This document shows, piece by piece, positions 35,301 to 48,341 of a stretch of DNA of 64,000 bases. The notes below the pieces were generated by a model that saw only the letters and a list, made by a program, of their open reading frames with translations, searched no databases and had not been told where the DNA came from. The position numbers and the translations under genes were made by a program. Positions within the stretch are counted from its first letter, which is position 1; every line of letters starts with the position of its first letter. Origin of the DNA: Mayamaea pseudoterrestris (Eukaryota); NCBI GenBank assembly GCA_027923505.1, contig BROI01000014.1:744001-808000 (forward strand). Reading direction: 5' to 3'.

Positions 35301-38300
35301 GCAAGCCCTGTAGGTGCCCAAATTACACAAGAATGGTGCCAACATCATTTTGGAAGTTGCGCTACAAGATGGTAAGCTTGGCTGTTGTCTCAGGGGATGG
35401 CAATGTATTTGGTGACAACTTGTCACCAGTCTCAGCCCGCAGATGCCATGACATTCAAATGCCCCTACAGCAAGCCCTGTAGGTGCCCAAATTACACCAG
35501 AATGGTGCCAACATCATCATTCAGGCTGCGCTACAAGATGGTAGGCTTGGCTGGTGTCTCAGGGGATGACAATTTATTTGGTGACAACTTGTCACCAGTC
35601 TCAGCCTGCAGATGCCATGACATTCAGACACACCTACAGCAGGCCCTGTAGGTGCCCAAAATACACCAGAATGGTGCCAACATCATTATTCAGGCTGCGC
35701 TACAAAATGGTAAGCTTGGCTGGTGTCTCATGGGATGGCAATGTATTTGGTGACAACTTGTCACCAGACTCAGCCCGTTGAGGCCATGACATTCAGACAC
35801 ACCTACAGCAGGCCCTGTAGGTGCCCAAATTATACCAGAATGGTGACAACATCATTTTTGAAGTTGAGCTACAAGATGGTAAGCTTGGCTGGTGTCTCAG
35901 GGGATGGCAATGTATTTGGTGACAACTTGTCACCAGTCTCAGCCTGCAGATGCCATGACATTCAGACACACCTATAGCAGGCCCTGTAGGTGCCCAAAAT
36001 ACACCAGAATGGTGCCAACATCATTATGCAGGCTGCGCTACAAAATGGTAAGCTTGGCTGGTGTCTCAGGGGATGGCAATGTATTTGGTGACAACTTGTC
36101 ACCAGTCTCAGCCCGCAGATGCCATGACATTCAGACACACCTACAGCAAGCCCTGTAGGTGCCCAAATTACACAAGAATGGTGCCAACATCATTTTGGAA
36201 GTTGCGCTACAAGATGGTAAGCTTGGCTGTTGTCTCAGGGGATGGCAATGTATTTGGTGACAACTTGTCACCAGTCTCAGCCCGCAGATGCCATGACATT
36301 CAAACGCCCCTACAGCAAGCCCTGTAGGTGCCCAAATTACACCAGAATGGTGCCAACATCATTATTCAGGCTGCGCTACAAGATGGTAGGCTTGGCTGGT
36401 GTCTCAGGGGATGGCAATGTATTTGGTGACAACTTGTCACCAGTCTCAGCCCGTAGATGCCATGACATTCAGACACACCTACAGCAGGCCCTGTAGGTGC
36501 CCAAATTACACCAGTATGGTGCCAACATCATTATTCCTGCTGCGCTACAAGATGGTAGGCTTGGCTGGTGTCTCAGGGGATGGCAATGTATTTGGTGACA
36601 ACTTGTCACCAGTCGCAGCCCGCAGATGCCATGACATTCAAACGCCCCTACAGCAAGCCCTGTAGGTGCCCAAATTACACCAGAATGGTGCCAACATCAT
36701 TATTCAGGCTGCGCTACAAGATGGTAGGCTTGGCTGGTGTCTCAGGGGATGGCAATGTATTTGGTGACAACTTGTCACCAGTCTCAGCCCGTAGATGCCA
36801 TGACATTCAGACACACCTACAGCAGGCCCTGTAGGTGCCCAAATTACACCAGTATGGTGCCAACATCATTATTCCTGCTGCGCTACAAGATGGTAGGCTT
36901 GGCTGGTGTCTCAGGGGATGGCAATGTATTTGGTGACAACTTGTCACCAGTCGCAGCCCGCAGATGCCATGACATTCAGATGCCCCTACAGCAAGCCCCA
37001 TAGGTGCCCAAAATACACCAGAATGGTGCCAACATCATTATTCAGGCTGCGCTACAAGATGGTAGGCTTGGCTGGTGTCTTGGGGGATGGCAATGTATTT
37101 GGTGACAACTTGTCACCAGTCTCAGCCCGCAGATGCCATGACATTCAGACACACCTACAGCAGGCCCTGTAGGTGCCCAAAATACACCAGAATGGTGCCA
37201 ACATCATCATTCAGGCTGCGCTACAAGATGGTAGGCTTGGCTGGTGTCTCAGGGGATGACAATGTATTTGGTGACAACTTGTCACCAGTCTCAGCCCGCA
37301 GATGCCATGACATTCAGACACACCTACAGCAGGCCCTGTAGGTGCCCAAATTACACCAGAATGGTGCCAACATCATTATTTGGGCTGCGCTACAAGATGG
37401 TAAGATTGGCTGGTGTCTCAGGGGATGGCAATGTATTTGGTGACAACTTGTCACCAGTCTCAGCCCGCAGATGCCATGACTTTCAAACGCCCCTACAGCA
37501 AGCCCTGTAGGTGCCCAAAATACACCAGAATGGTGCCAACATCATTTTTGAAGTTGAGCTACAAGATGGTAAGCTTGGCTGGTGTCTCAGGGGATGGCAA
37601 TGTATTTGGTGACAACTTGTCACCAGTCTCAGCCCGCAGATGCCATGACATTCAAATGCCCCTACAGCAAGCAGCTCGTGGCTCGTAACTGGTGGCTCGT
37701 AGCTCACAGCTCTCACGCATGTGAATTCTCTCATTGTTTGCAGTTCCGGTCCTAGATGCTTCCATGGCTTGGCTTTCTCGGGGATGGCAATGTATTTGGT
37801 GACAACTTGTCACCGTCTCCCGTCAAACCTAGCAGGCCCTGTAGGTGCCCAAGTTACACCAGAATGGTGCCGACATCCTTATTAGGCTGCGCTACATTGG
37901 TAGGCTTGCGTTCTCGGGGGTGGCATGTGTTTGGTGACAACTTGTTCGCCGGTGCCGTGACTTCAAGCCTCGCGTGTGCCCAAATCCCCGCCCCCCTTTT
38001 GGCTGCGCTACAAGTGGTTGGCCTGGCTGGTGTCTCGGGGATGGCAATGTTTTGGTGCACTTTACCGTCTCCCCCGGATGCCGTGACTTCTAACCCCTCC
38101 GCCCTCCAAGTAGCATCATTATTCAGGCTGCGCTGCAAGATGGTGGCTTGGCTGGTGTCTCGGGTGGTGGAAATGGTTTTTGGTCAACGTTTGCTGCATT
38201 GCTTTGCCTGTAATCAGAGTCTGTTTGTGTGTCCTGTATACGACAGACCACTGTTTCCTTGCCGGCACAATGTTGTGTTGGAACCCGGACAGTTTTTGGG

Positions 38301-41300
38301 GCATTACTTTGCGGGGAACGACGACATTTTTCAAAACAAGAAGCTCGTTGTATTGGATGGTCCCTGTGGTGTTGGCAAATCTAGCTTCGTGCGTGAGTAC
38401 GAAGTGCGAGAATCTACGCGCCTCGCGGCGATGGACCGAACGCACAATGTCTTGGTGATTTCCGACCGAAGAGTAAGTGATCACTCGCAGCTGGTAGCTG
38501 GTGACTCGCAGCTGGTGACTCGCAGCTGGTGACTCGCAGCTGGTGACTCGCAGCTGGTGACTCGCAGCTGGTGACTCGCAGCTGGTGACTCGCAGCTGGT
38601 GACTCGCAGCTGGTGACTCGCAGCTGGTGACTCGCAGCTGGTGACTCGCAGCTGGTGACTCGCAGCTGGTAGTTGTTGACTCGCAAACACCTCACTGGTG
38701 CCCAAAATACACCAGAATGGTGCCAACATCATCATTCAGGCTGCGCTACAAAATGGTAAGCTTGGCTGGTGTCTCATGGGATGGCAATGTATTTGGTGAC
38801 AACTTGTCACCAGACTCATTCCGTTGAGGCCATGACATTCAGACACACCTACAGCAGGCCCTGTAGGTGCCCAAATTATACCAGAATGGTGACAACATCA
38901 TTTTTGAAGTTGAGCTACAAGATGGTAAGCTTGGCTGGTGTCTCAGGGGATGGCAATGTATTTGGTGACAACTTGTCACCAGTCTCAGCCTGCAGATGCC
39001 ATGACATTCAGACACACCTATAGCAGGCCCTGTAGGTGCCCAAAATACACCAGAATGGTGCCAACATCATTATGCAGGCTGCGCTACAAAATGGTAAGCT
39101 TGGCTGGTGTCTCAGGGGATGGCAATGTATTTGGTGACAACTTGTCACCAGTCTCAGCCCGCAGATGCCATGACATTCAGACACACCTACAGCAAGCCCT
39201 GTAGGTGCCCAAATTACACCAGAATGGTGCCAACATCATTATTCAGGCTGCGCTACAAAATGGTAAGCTTGGCTGGTGTCTCATGGGATGGCAATGTATT
39301 TGGTGACAACTTGTCACCAGACTCATTCCGTTGAGGCCATGACATTCAGACACACCTACAGCAGGCCCTGTAGGTGCCCAAATTATACCAGAATGGTGAC
39401 AACATCATTTTTGAAGTTGAGCTACAAGATGGTAAGCTTGGCTGGTGTCTCAGGGGATGGCAATGTATTTGGTGACAACTTGTCACCAGTCTCAGCCTGC
39501 AGATGCCATGACATTCAGACACACCTATAGCAGGCCCTGTAGGTGCCCAAAATACACCAGAATGGTGCCAACATCATTATGCAGGCTGCGCTACAAAATG
39601 GTAAGCTTGGCTGGTGTCTCAGGGGATGGCAATGTATTTGGTGACAACTTGTCACCAGTCTCAGCCCGCAGATGCCATGACATTCAGACACACCTACAGC
39701 AAGCCCTGTAGGTGCCCAAATTACACAAGAATGGTGCCAACATCATTTTGGAAGTTGCGCTACAAGATGGTAAGCTTGGCTGTTGTCTCAGGGGATGGCA
39801 ATGTATTTGGTGACAACTTGTCACCAGTCTCAGCCCGCAGATGCCATGACATTCAAATGCCCCTACAGCAAGCCCTGTAGGTGCCCAAATTACACCAAAA
39901 TGGTGCCAACATCATTTTTGAAGTTGCACTACAAGATGGTAAGCTTGGCTGGTGTCTCAGGGGATGGCAATGTATTTGGTGACAACTTGTCACCAGTCTC
40001 AGCCTGCAAATGCCATGACATTCAGATGCCCCTACAGCAAGCCCTGTAGGTGCCCAAAATACACCAGAATGGTGCCAACATCATTATTCAGGCTGCGCTA
40101 CAAGATGGTAGGCTTGGCTGGTGTCTCAGGGGATGGCAATGTATTTGGTGACAACTTGTCACCAGTCTCAGCCCGCAGATGCCATGACATTCAGACACAA
40201 CTACAGCAGGCACTGTAGGTGCCCAAATTACACCAGAATGGTGCCAACATCACTTTTGAGGCTGCGCTACAAGATGGTAGGCTTGGCTGGTGTCTCAGGG
40301 GATGGCAATGTATTTGGTGACAACTTGTCACCAGTCTCAGCCCGCAGATGCCATGACATTCAGACACACCTACAGCAGGCCCTGTAGGTGCCCAAATTAC
40401 ACCAGAATGGTGCCAACATCATCATTCAGGCTGCGCTACAAGATGGTAGGCTTGGCTGGTGTCTCAGGGGATGGCAATGTATTTGGTGACAACTTGTCAC
40501 CAGTCTCAGCCCGCAGATGCCATGACATTCAGACACACCTACAGCAGGCTCTGTAGGTGCCCAAATTACACCAGGATGGTGCCAACATCATCATTCAGGC
40601 TGCGCTACAAGATGGTAAGCTTGGCTGGTGTCTCAGGGGATGGCAATGTATTTGGTGACAACTTGTCACCAGTCTCAGCCCACAGATGCCATGACATTCA
40701 GACACACCTACAGCAGGCCCTGTAGGTGCCCAAATTACACCAGAATGGTGTTAACATCATCATTCAGGCTGCGCTACGAGATGGTAGGCTTGGCTGGTGT
40801 CTCAGGGGATGGCAATGTATTTGGTGACAACTTGTCACCAGTCTCAGCCCGCAGATGCCATGACATTCAAATGCCCCTACAGCAAGCCCTGTAGGTGCCC
40901 AAATTACACCAGAATGGTGCCAACATCATTAATCAGGCTGCGCTACAAGATGGTAGGCTTGGCTGGTGTCTCAGGGGATGGCAATGTATTTGGTGACAAC
41001 TTGTCACCAGTCTCAGCCCGCAGATGCCATGACATTCAGACACACCTACAGCAGGCCCTGTAGGTGCCCAAAATACACCAGAATGGTGCCAACATCATCA
41101 TTCAGGCTGCGCTACAAGATGGTGGGCTTGGCTGGTGTCTCAGGGGATGACAATGTATTTGGTGACAACTTGTCACCAGTCTCAGCCTGCAGATGCCTTG
41201 ACATTCAGATGCCCCTACAGCAGGCCCTGTAGGTGCCCAAATTACACCAGAATGGTGCCAACATCATCATTCAGGCTGCGCTACAAGATGGTAGGCTTGG

Positions 41301-42089
41301 CTGGTGTCTCAGGGGATGGCAATGTATTTGGTGACAACTTGTCACCAGTCTCAGTCCGCAGATGCCATGACATTCAGACACACCTACAGCAAGCCCTGTA
41401 GGTGCCCGAATGGTGGCAACATCATTGGTCAGGCTGCGCTACAAGATGGTAGGCTTGGCTGGTGTCTCAGGGGATGGCAATGTATTTGGTGACAACTTGT
41501 CACCAGTCTCAGCCCGCAGATGCCATGACATTCAGACACACCTACAGCAGGCCCTGTAGGTGCCCAAAATACACCAGTATGGTGCCAACATCATCATTCA
41601 GGCTGCGCTATAAGATGGTAGGCTTGGCTGGTGTCTCAGGGGATGGCAATGTATTTGGTGACAACTTGTCACCAGTCTCAGCCCACAGATGCTGTCACAT
41701 TCAAACACCCCTACAGCAAGCCCTGTAGGTGCCCAAATTACACCAGAATGGTGCCAACATCATCATTCAGGCTGCGCTACAAGATGTTAAGCTTGGCTGG
41801 TGTCTCAGGGGATGGCAATGTATTTGGTGACAACTTGTCACCAGTCTCAGCCCGCAGATGCCATGACATTCAGACACACCTACAGCAGGCCCTGTAGGTG
41901 CCCAAAATACACCAGAATGGTGCCATCATCACTTTTGAGGCTGCGCTACAAGATGTTAAGCTTGGCTGGTGTCTCAGGGAATGGCAATGTATTTGGTGAC
42001 AACTTGTCACCAGTCTCAGCCCGCAGATGCCATGACATTCAAACGCCCCTACAGCAAGCCAAGGATACACCCAAGTTATACAAGATGGT
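32374..42089 (+). repeat. 169-bp tandem satellite, array 2 (about 50 monomers), interrupted at about 37671-38695
   Basis: Same monomer and orientation as array 1, with its own dominant variants (gccatgac, cagacacacc, ctgtaggtg); diverged monomers at both edges. Confidence 0.97.
38497..38670 (+). repeat. Perfect 14-bp tandem repeat (AGCTGGTGACTCGC), about 12 copies
   Basis: Read directly; degenerate copies flank it and similar sequence occurs at 37671-37712. Confidence 0.95.
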
Positions 42090-42320
42090 TTGAAAGACAG
42101 ACACAAGGAACTTTGTACTCACTGGACCTGTATGGTTCACTAGAAGGTATTGAGCAGCCAATGTGTCGGTTGTCATTTTTTTTTCTTGCCCCGCAAATTT
42201 AGGAAACGGACTCGCAGTGGCACTCAACGCGACACGGCGACAAACTCGCGTCGAGGACTCATCCGCCTTGGTGGCGATCTGATTTCTTATTGACAGTAAA
42301 GAAACCTCTTCCTGTCACTT

Positions 42321-42959
42321 ATGAAGCATTCTCCGAATTTGGCTAGCGTTCTATTTATTTGCATAATTATCGCGCCTCACGCGCGAGGGTTCGTTCATTC
42401 ATCAGCAGGGTTGTCCTCACGGCAGTGGCAAGCCGATTCATACTGTCACAATACGCAAACTATCTCATCTACTGCTCTGTTCAAGGGCAATCGAACCGAA
42501 ACAAACACTGAAAAATTTTATTCAGATAATTTGGTTCCAAATGGTGATCTTTTGCTTGTCGACGTCGGCGCGGTGGTTCTCGCATGTCAATTGCTCGGGT
42601 TGCAGGATGTTTTGAACGATCCAAACTTTTGGCAGAATGGAGGCTGGTTTCAAGCGCCTGCACTTCCTTCGACGCTACCAACGCTGGCATTACGAATTTC
42701 GCAAAACTCGCTGTCTTGGATTGTTGCAAGTGTAATTGTGAAAGGCTTTTCCTTTGAAACACAAAGCTCGACTGCTGCTGTCATGACTGCGTGCAAGATT
42801 GCAGCAGGATTCACCGTTCTACGTCTGCTCATATCTCTTACTGCCACGGGTATGCATCTGGACGATTGGGATGGAGTAGATGTTTTGCAAGAATGTTATA
42901 ATGTTTCGCTAGTGGGCATTGCAACGCGATACTTGTTCAACAGAATCACGGAAAGGTAA
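42321..42959 (+). CDS. Hypothetical membrane protein, probably plastid-targeted
   Basis: Signal peptide ending ARG-FVH, Ser/Thr-rich transit region, several hydrophobic helices. Confidence 0.65.
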   Translation: MKHSPNLASVLFICIIIAPHARGFVHSSAGLSSRQWQADSYCHNTQTISSTALFKGNRTETNTEKFYSDNLVPNGDLLLVDVGAVVLACQLLGLQDVLNDPNFWQNGGWFQAPALPSTLPTLALRISQNSLSWIVASVIVKGFSFETQSSTAAVMTACKIAAGFTVLRLLISLTATGMHLDDWDGVDVLQECYNVSLVGIATRYLFNRITER

Positions 42960-43016
42960 CTTAACATACTCAGTTTAAAGGCTTCTCAATTCTAAAACAT
43001 ATGCATGTCGAAAAAG

Positions 43017-45311
43017 TTACGTTTCTTCTGCTATGCGGATACTTATCAACTCGTTTGCCCTGACGCTGTCTGCATACACGGCATTCAGCCCGTAGATGCC
43101 AATCTTCTCGTGCGTCTTGCTGTAATGAACCAGCGACTTGGGTCGATCGTCAGAGTCTGGTAGATCCGTAGAAGCCACAACAAGATTATTCTTGTCATCC
43201 GTAAAACGGTGAGCACCCATGTCGTCCTTGTTTTGTTTCAGCAAGAGTGATCGGCCGCGAATTTGCAAGCGCGGATCGTTGGCCTGCAGCACTATCATTC
43301 CCTCCTGCTCCTTCTTTTCTGTTTCGAACAAGTCAACATCGCCAAATTCAAACGAGGTTTGGCGATGGCGCTTCAAAACATCGTTAATGCTTGCTCCAAG
43401 AATGCATGGACCGCAAGTAAAGAGCATGTCCGTTGAATGCGACACTGACAAGATTGGATTTGGACACAGCATGTCATCGTAATCGACCGACGTGAAGCGA
43501 TTGCGTATATTATTGACGACATTCTCAATGGTGCGAATCAAGAATGGATGGCCTGGCGTTGATGCCATAAGACCGTTCCACAGGCAGCTGCGATGCCCTG
43601 CTTGCAAGCCAGGTTCGTCCTGCGCCGTCATGAACCCAATATCGTTCGTCAAGACGATGTCCAAGTTACCTTCCAACAAAATGTCCATGTCCGCATAAAG
43701 GCCGCCTCGTATCAATAAAACACAATATCGGAACAAATCGGCGCGAAACGCACCCGGTAAGATTGCTGTTGGAGCAATGCAACATATATATGAGAAGACA
43801 GCGCGGGTCCACAATTCACAAACTCCTGCATACTCACCATCATAGGCTTCACGAACTTGCGGCGGAAAGTGGGTCGAGAGAAATTGGCCAGCAGTGTCAT
43901 CGTCATAAAAGTTATACTCCCATCCAGACTGACGAAACGATTCGATCAAGCGGCTCATGTTTGGATACTTTATCTTGTCGACTGGCTCATACCACGTTTG
44001 ATGGATGATGCGTGGAATGAGGCGATTGCCCTTTCGATAAAGTGGTGGACGAACAATCCATTCAGCCGCCACTTGCTTAGGCGGTGGTCGAATCTTGCAA
44101 AGCGCCCGACAAAAGCAGGGGCACTCTTTTTGACAGCGAATGCAGTCGGGCTCGGCATTTTCTTTGTATGTTTTCAAGCATTTGAAGCAGTCTCGGTGCT
44201 CGGGTAGACAAGAGTTTTCAATGAGAATGTCGAAAAAGTTTGGTGTCACCGCATTGGGAACGGCTGAAACCTCCGCTTTGCGTATCTCTTGTATTGTTGA
44301 TATGAATGGCAAGTCTTCGACTGGAAGCACCAACTTTGCTGGATCATCCGTCATGACGAATGGAATTGGCAGATGCAAAAGATCCGTCGCAACCAACGAT
44401 GATGCCGCCGTCAAGTATGGATGCTTCAGTAGCATACTCGGGGTCCAAACGTCGACATCCTCTGACCAGACCTGACAGCAAGGCTTGTTCAAGGAGGGAC
44501 ACTGGGGTGCCAAGGTCGTGCGTCCATGATGCCCTTGCACATAGGCAGCTTCCTTGACAAAGTCATGCTGCTCGTCACCTACCCATGTGCACTTTGCATC
44601 CAACAGTGTCCATTCCTGTTGCTTGTCATTCGTCACATACATTGCCAGCAAGTCGCTGTAGCGAAAGGGATCCAGCACCCTTGACTCGACGAGAATGCGC
44701 ATCATGTTTTGACAAAGGCGCGACTTTGGCCTGTCAACTTGCAGAAATGAATAACTCAATTTATCTTCCTGTATTTGAATGGCAGTGTTTCTTGGTTTGA
44801 GTAGATCTACCCATGGAACGAGCAGCTGCAGATTGTCGGCTTGCCAGTAAACGTTACCGACGCCAGTGTATAGGACACAATGTTGAAAGAGCTGCGTCGC
44901 ATATTCCGCCGGTAGCTCATCGAACCGACGTAAAAGTAAATTGTCATTCGAACTAATAAAACCAAGTTGGCAGAATCGTCCAAATGATTCAATGAATGCA
45001 CGCTGCTGACCATGTGTGTAAACATCAATGCTCGTGGTTGTCGAGTCGAACGTTACAGCTTCCTTACCAAAAAACTTCTCTGTACTCGTAGAAACAATGA
45101 TTCGAAACTGTTTAGAATTTAAAGATCGAGCTTGTTTTAACAGTTCCAGTGTCGGATCGCGAGGATGATAGTAGAACCACCAAGCGACTACGCCACAAAT
45201 CGCAACGAGTGTGATCAAGGACGAAGGAATGAAGGATGTGTTACTATTCTTAACGTCCCTTCTGCGGCGTCTTTCCTTGACATCGTTGGAAGCATGCTGA
45301 TCAGGAGCCAT
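43017..45311 (-). CDS. Glycosyltransferase family 32 (Och1-like, DxD)
   Basis: N-terminal membrane anchor; IPRIIHQTW, RADLFRY, GGLYADMD; probable in-frame 72-bp intron at 43766-43837 (GTGAGT..CAG). Confidence 0.85.
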   Translation of the reverse strand: MAPDQHASNDVKERRRRRDVKNSNTSFIPSSLITLVAICGVVAWWFYYHPRDPTLELLKQARSLNSKQFRIIVSTSTEKFFGKEAVTFDSTTTSIDVYTHGQQRAFIESFGRFCQLGFISSNDNLLLRRFDELPAEYATQLFQHCVLYTGVGNVYWQADNLQLLVPWVDLLKPRNTAIQIQEDKLSYSFLQVDRPKSRLCQNMMRILVESRVLDPFRYSDLLAMYVTNDKQQEWTLLDAKCTWVGDEQHDFVKEAAYVQGHHGRTTLAPQCPSLNKPCCQVWSEDVDVWTPSMLLKHPYLTAASSLVATDLLHLPIPFVMTDDPAKLVLPVEDLPFISTIQEIRKAEVSAVPNAVTPNFFDILIENSCLPEHRDCFKCLKTYKENAEPDCIRCQKECPCFCRALCKIRPPPKQVAAEWIVRPPLYRKGNRLIPRIIHQTWYEPVDKIKYPNMSRLIESFRQSGWEYNFYDDDTAGQFLSTHFPPQVREAYDGEYAGVCELWTRAVFSYICCIAPTAILPGAFRADLFRYCVLLIRGGLYADMDILLEGNLDIVLTNDIGFMTAQDEPGLQAGHRSCLWNGLMASTPGHPFLIRTIENVVNNIRNRFTSVDYDDMLCPNPILSVSHSTDMLFTCGPCILGASINDVLKRHRQTSFEFGDVDLFETEKKEQEGMIVLQANDPRLQIRGRSLLLKQNKDDMGAHRFTDDKNNLVVASTDLPDSDDRPKSLVHYSKTHEKIGIYGLNAVYADSVRANELISIRIAEET

Positions 45312-45589
45312 TCTATGTTCCTAGTATATTCATGGAAAAGAGAAAATGATGGTTGTTTGATTGCTTTATGCGGAGGATATGCCAACGGATGAACTCGCCA
45401 TGGTGGATCGGAACCTCTTCCGATCGCGCCACATGGCTAGTGTGCTCTGACATGTCGTACCGGTACTAAATGAGTTACCGCGCTTACTAAACCGTCCAGC
45501 ACAAGGGCGCAGGGAAGCCGACCAGTGTGATCTCTTGTGCTCGTCGTTGCTTGCGCCGTTTCAAGAGTCCAAGCTAATCATACATCTAA

Positions 45590-46057
<468 letters not shown>

Positions 46058-46343
46058 ATAATCTAATCATTAACCTCGTGCTTTTACAAAATATCAAAAG
46101 CATGATATGAGCGTCTTATGTAGCGAATGATTTGATAGTTATGGTGTTGCGTTTGAATCGATAGTTAAGCCAACGTAATCTTGGTCTGAAGTGTTAAGTT
46201 GCTTCCAACTCGCATCGTAAACTATCAATGGCACTGTAACCATTATAGCTCATAAGACATTGCTAGAGTAGGCAAAACAAACATAAATCGATCCCTAATC
46301 TAGTAAGGGAATGCAGCAATGCTGCAAGCATCTAAAACAGACT

Positions 46344-47012
46344 CTACTTTTGATTTGGATGCCGCTCAAACGGATACACGTCCTGAAAGCACCGAAACAT
46401 GGCGGCATCAACATACTCCTCCGCTCTGGCAGCGCAGTTTGGATTGCCTCGGACACTGAGTATTGCTCGTCTCTTGACGCACTCCTTGCCATGGCCGGCA
46501 AACTTGGTCATGCGAGGCAATTCTTTGAAGAAAGAACACTCACCCGACAAATTTTCAGCTCGAATCTCGGTGCAAGCAATGTGAATGCAATTGTTCAGTG
46601 GGTCCATTTTCGTTCGACATTGATCAATCGCATGAATGAGCTCGTGGACCATGGTCTTGTGAGTCATAAGCTCATTCTCCATGTATTGCTGGCAAATGTA
46701 GATTTCGGGAAGAATTTTCGGTGAAGTCCCAATGAGTTTCTGTAGATCAGGATTGCATTTCCTACCGGTCTCATCGTCTTCTGTTTGCACCATTCCAAAA
46801 AAGCCTGCTCCTGGCTTGTCGCATTGGAGACATTGAATGAACCGATCGGGTGGCGTGCATCCGAGGTCGACGAGATGCTGAATCAGAAACTGGACGGCCT
46901 TGTTACTTGTCAATCCATTTTCGACCCATTTGCTGCATAGTTTTATTGCTTCTGCTTCTTCGTGGACTGGTTTGGCTTCTGAGAGCGATGGCTCGGGTAT
47001 AAAAGGAGCCAT
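46344..47012 (-). CDS. ATP23: Mitochondrial inner membrane protease ATP23
   Basis: HELIHAID metalloprotease motif, HIACTEIRAENLSGEC, CVKRRAILSV, CFQDVYPF. Confidence 0.9.
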   Translation of the reverse strand: MAPFIPEPSLSEAKPVHEEAEAIKLCSKWVENGLTSNKAVQFLIQHLVDLGCTPPDRFIQCLQCDKPGAGFFGMVQTEDDETGRKCNPDLQKLIGTSPKILPEIYICQQYMENELMTHKTMVHELIHAIDQCRTKMDPLNNCIHIACTEIRAENLSGECSFFKELPRMTKFAGHGKECVKRRAILSVRGNPNCAARAEEYVDAAMFRCFQDVYPFERHPNQK

Positions 47013-47622
47013 GGTAATAATAGGGATGTATGGCTGATCGGTTGGTCGTTGCAATCGTTTCAAATTTGGCCAAACGTGAGAACGTGAGAACGCGAACGCG
47101 GAGTTTCCGTCGCTTCAGAGCCAGTACGACATATGCTAAGGTACCGATAGAAGATTATGACATGATGTGCTTGAAGAGAAGTTGACTCCAAGCCCAGCTG
47201 GCAGAGCCAGATATTCTTAATTCCATACATTGGCTCTTGACCATCACCATCAGATACTAGAAAGCTGCATTATGATTGAGGGTGCTCAACAAGTTGAAAC
47301 CCTGGCTGGTGCCTCAGAGTACTGCAATGCTTGAAGGGTGTCGGCTTGAATCGGAGACAAACTTGCTTTAAATTTCATTTCTTCCAGCCAACAGCCTACC
47401 GTACACACTGTGCTAAGCATATTCATGAGTGCTTTATCGTACAAGGTGTTACTGTAGGATCAGGGATCGGATGGAAGCTCACTCTGGTGGGATTAGGTAA
47501 TGTTAGCTGCGATAAGAAGCCAGCAACATTGGCTCCATGCTTCTATAGACTCGTATCTCAAGCTACTGCAGTTATAGTCAAAGTTGATGCTATCATGGTA
47601 CTATCTACGGTAGTCAATTTGT

Positions 47623-48110
47623 TTAGAAATCCTTGAGGTTGACTTCAAACTTCTTTGCCGCCTTGTCAATGTTTCCAATCTTTTGGACTGTTTTAATGCC
47701 TTTGGTGCTAATTCGTAAACGCACCGTGCGGTTTAAGTCTTCCGAAAAATATCGCTTCCACTGGAGATTGACATGTTGGACCTTCTTGTTACGAATGTGT
47801 GAAAATGTCACAACACGGGCTTGTCGGTTGGGTCTTTTGCCAAGCAAGTCGCACACTCGCGCTCGCATAGTCATGGTGTTGCTTGACTGTGGAATCTGTT
47901 TGATTGAAAGCGATAAGTAATTAGACCAATTGATCGATCGGCAACGATTTATTGCAAAAGTAGTGCAACCGCCGCCGACGAAGAAAGGGCCGAAGTGCAT
48001 CATGATGCAGCACTTACCGGAGTTGATCGCGCTCCAAAGACTGGCGCATGCGCCCCGAATCCGGAGACGGTGCTCACAAGAGCCAAGAGTAGCAACACAA
48101 CGCGGTTCAT
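47623..48110 (-). CDS. rpl28: Plastid ribosomal protein bL28; 2 exons
   Basis: Exon 1 (48110-48018) MNRVVLLLLALVSTVSG-FGAHAP is a bipartite presequence followed by a GTAAGT donor; exon 2 RVCDLLGK...FSHIRNKKVQHVNLQ...LRISTKGIKT. Confidence 0.88.
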
Positions 48111-48341
48111 GATCGACATTCCCATGGTCTTTGGGTGATGGGTAAGCGGGAGAAGGTCGAGAGGTGCAGCTGCGTCGCGCCGACAGTGGGTTGATGCATC
48201 GGGTCATGAGGCATCCCGTGCGTCAGCGTTTTTATGTCGGATGCGACAGGATGACGTTTTGCTAAGAAATTCTTCATCTCGACGACGAATCCACTTCCAT
48301 CTTTGTTGTTATTTATACGAGTATTAGCTACTGTTGACAAC

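Noticed and set aside
37756..38532. 258-aa ORF as an intact gene
   Set aside because: The N-terminal half is degraded satellite and the end runs into the 14-mer; only the P-loop fragment looks protein-like.
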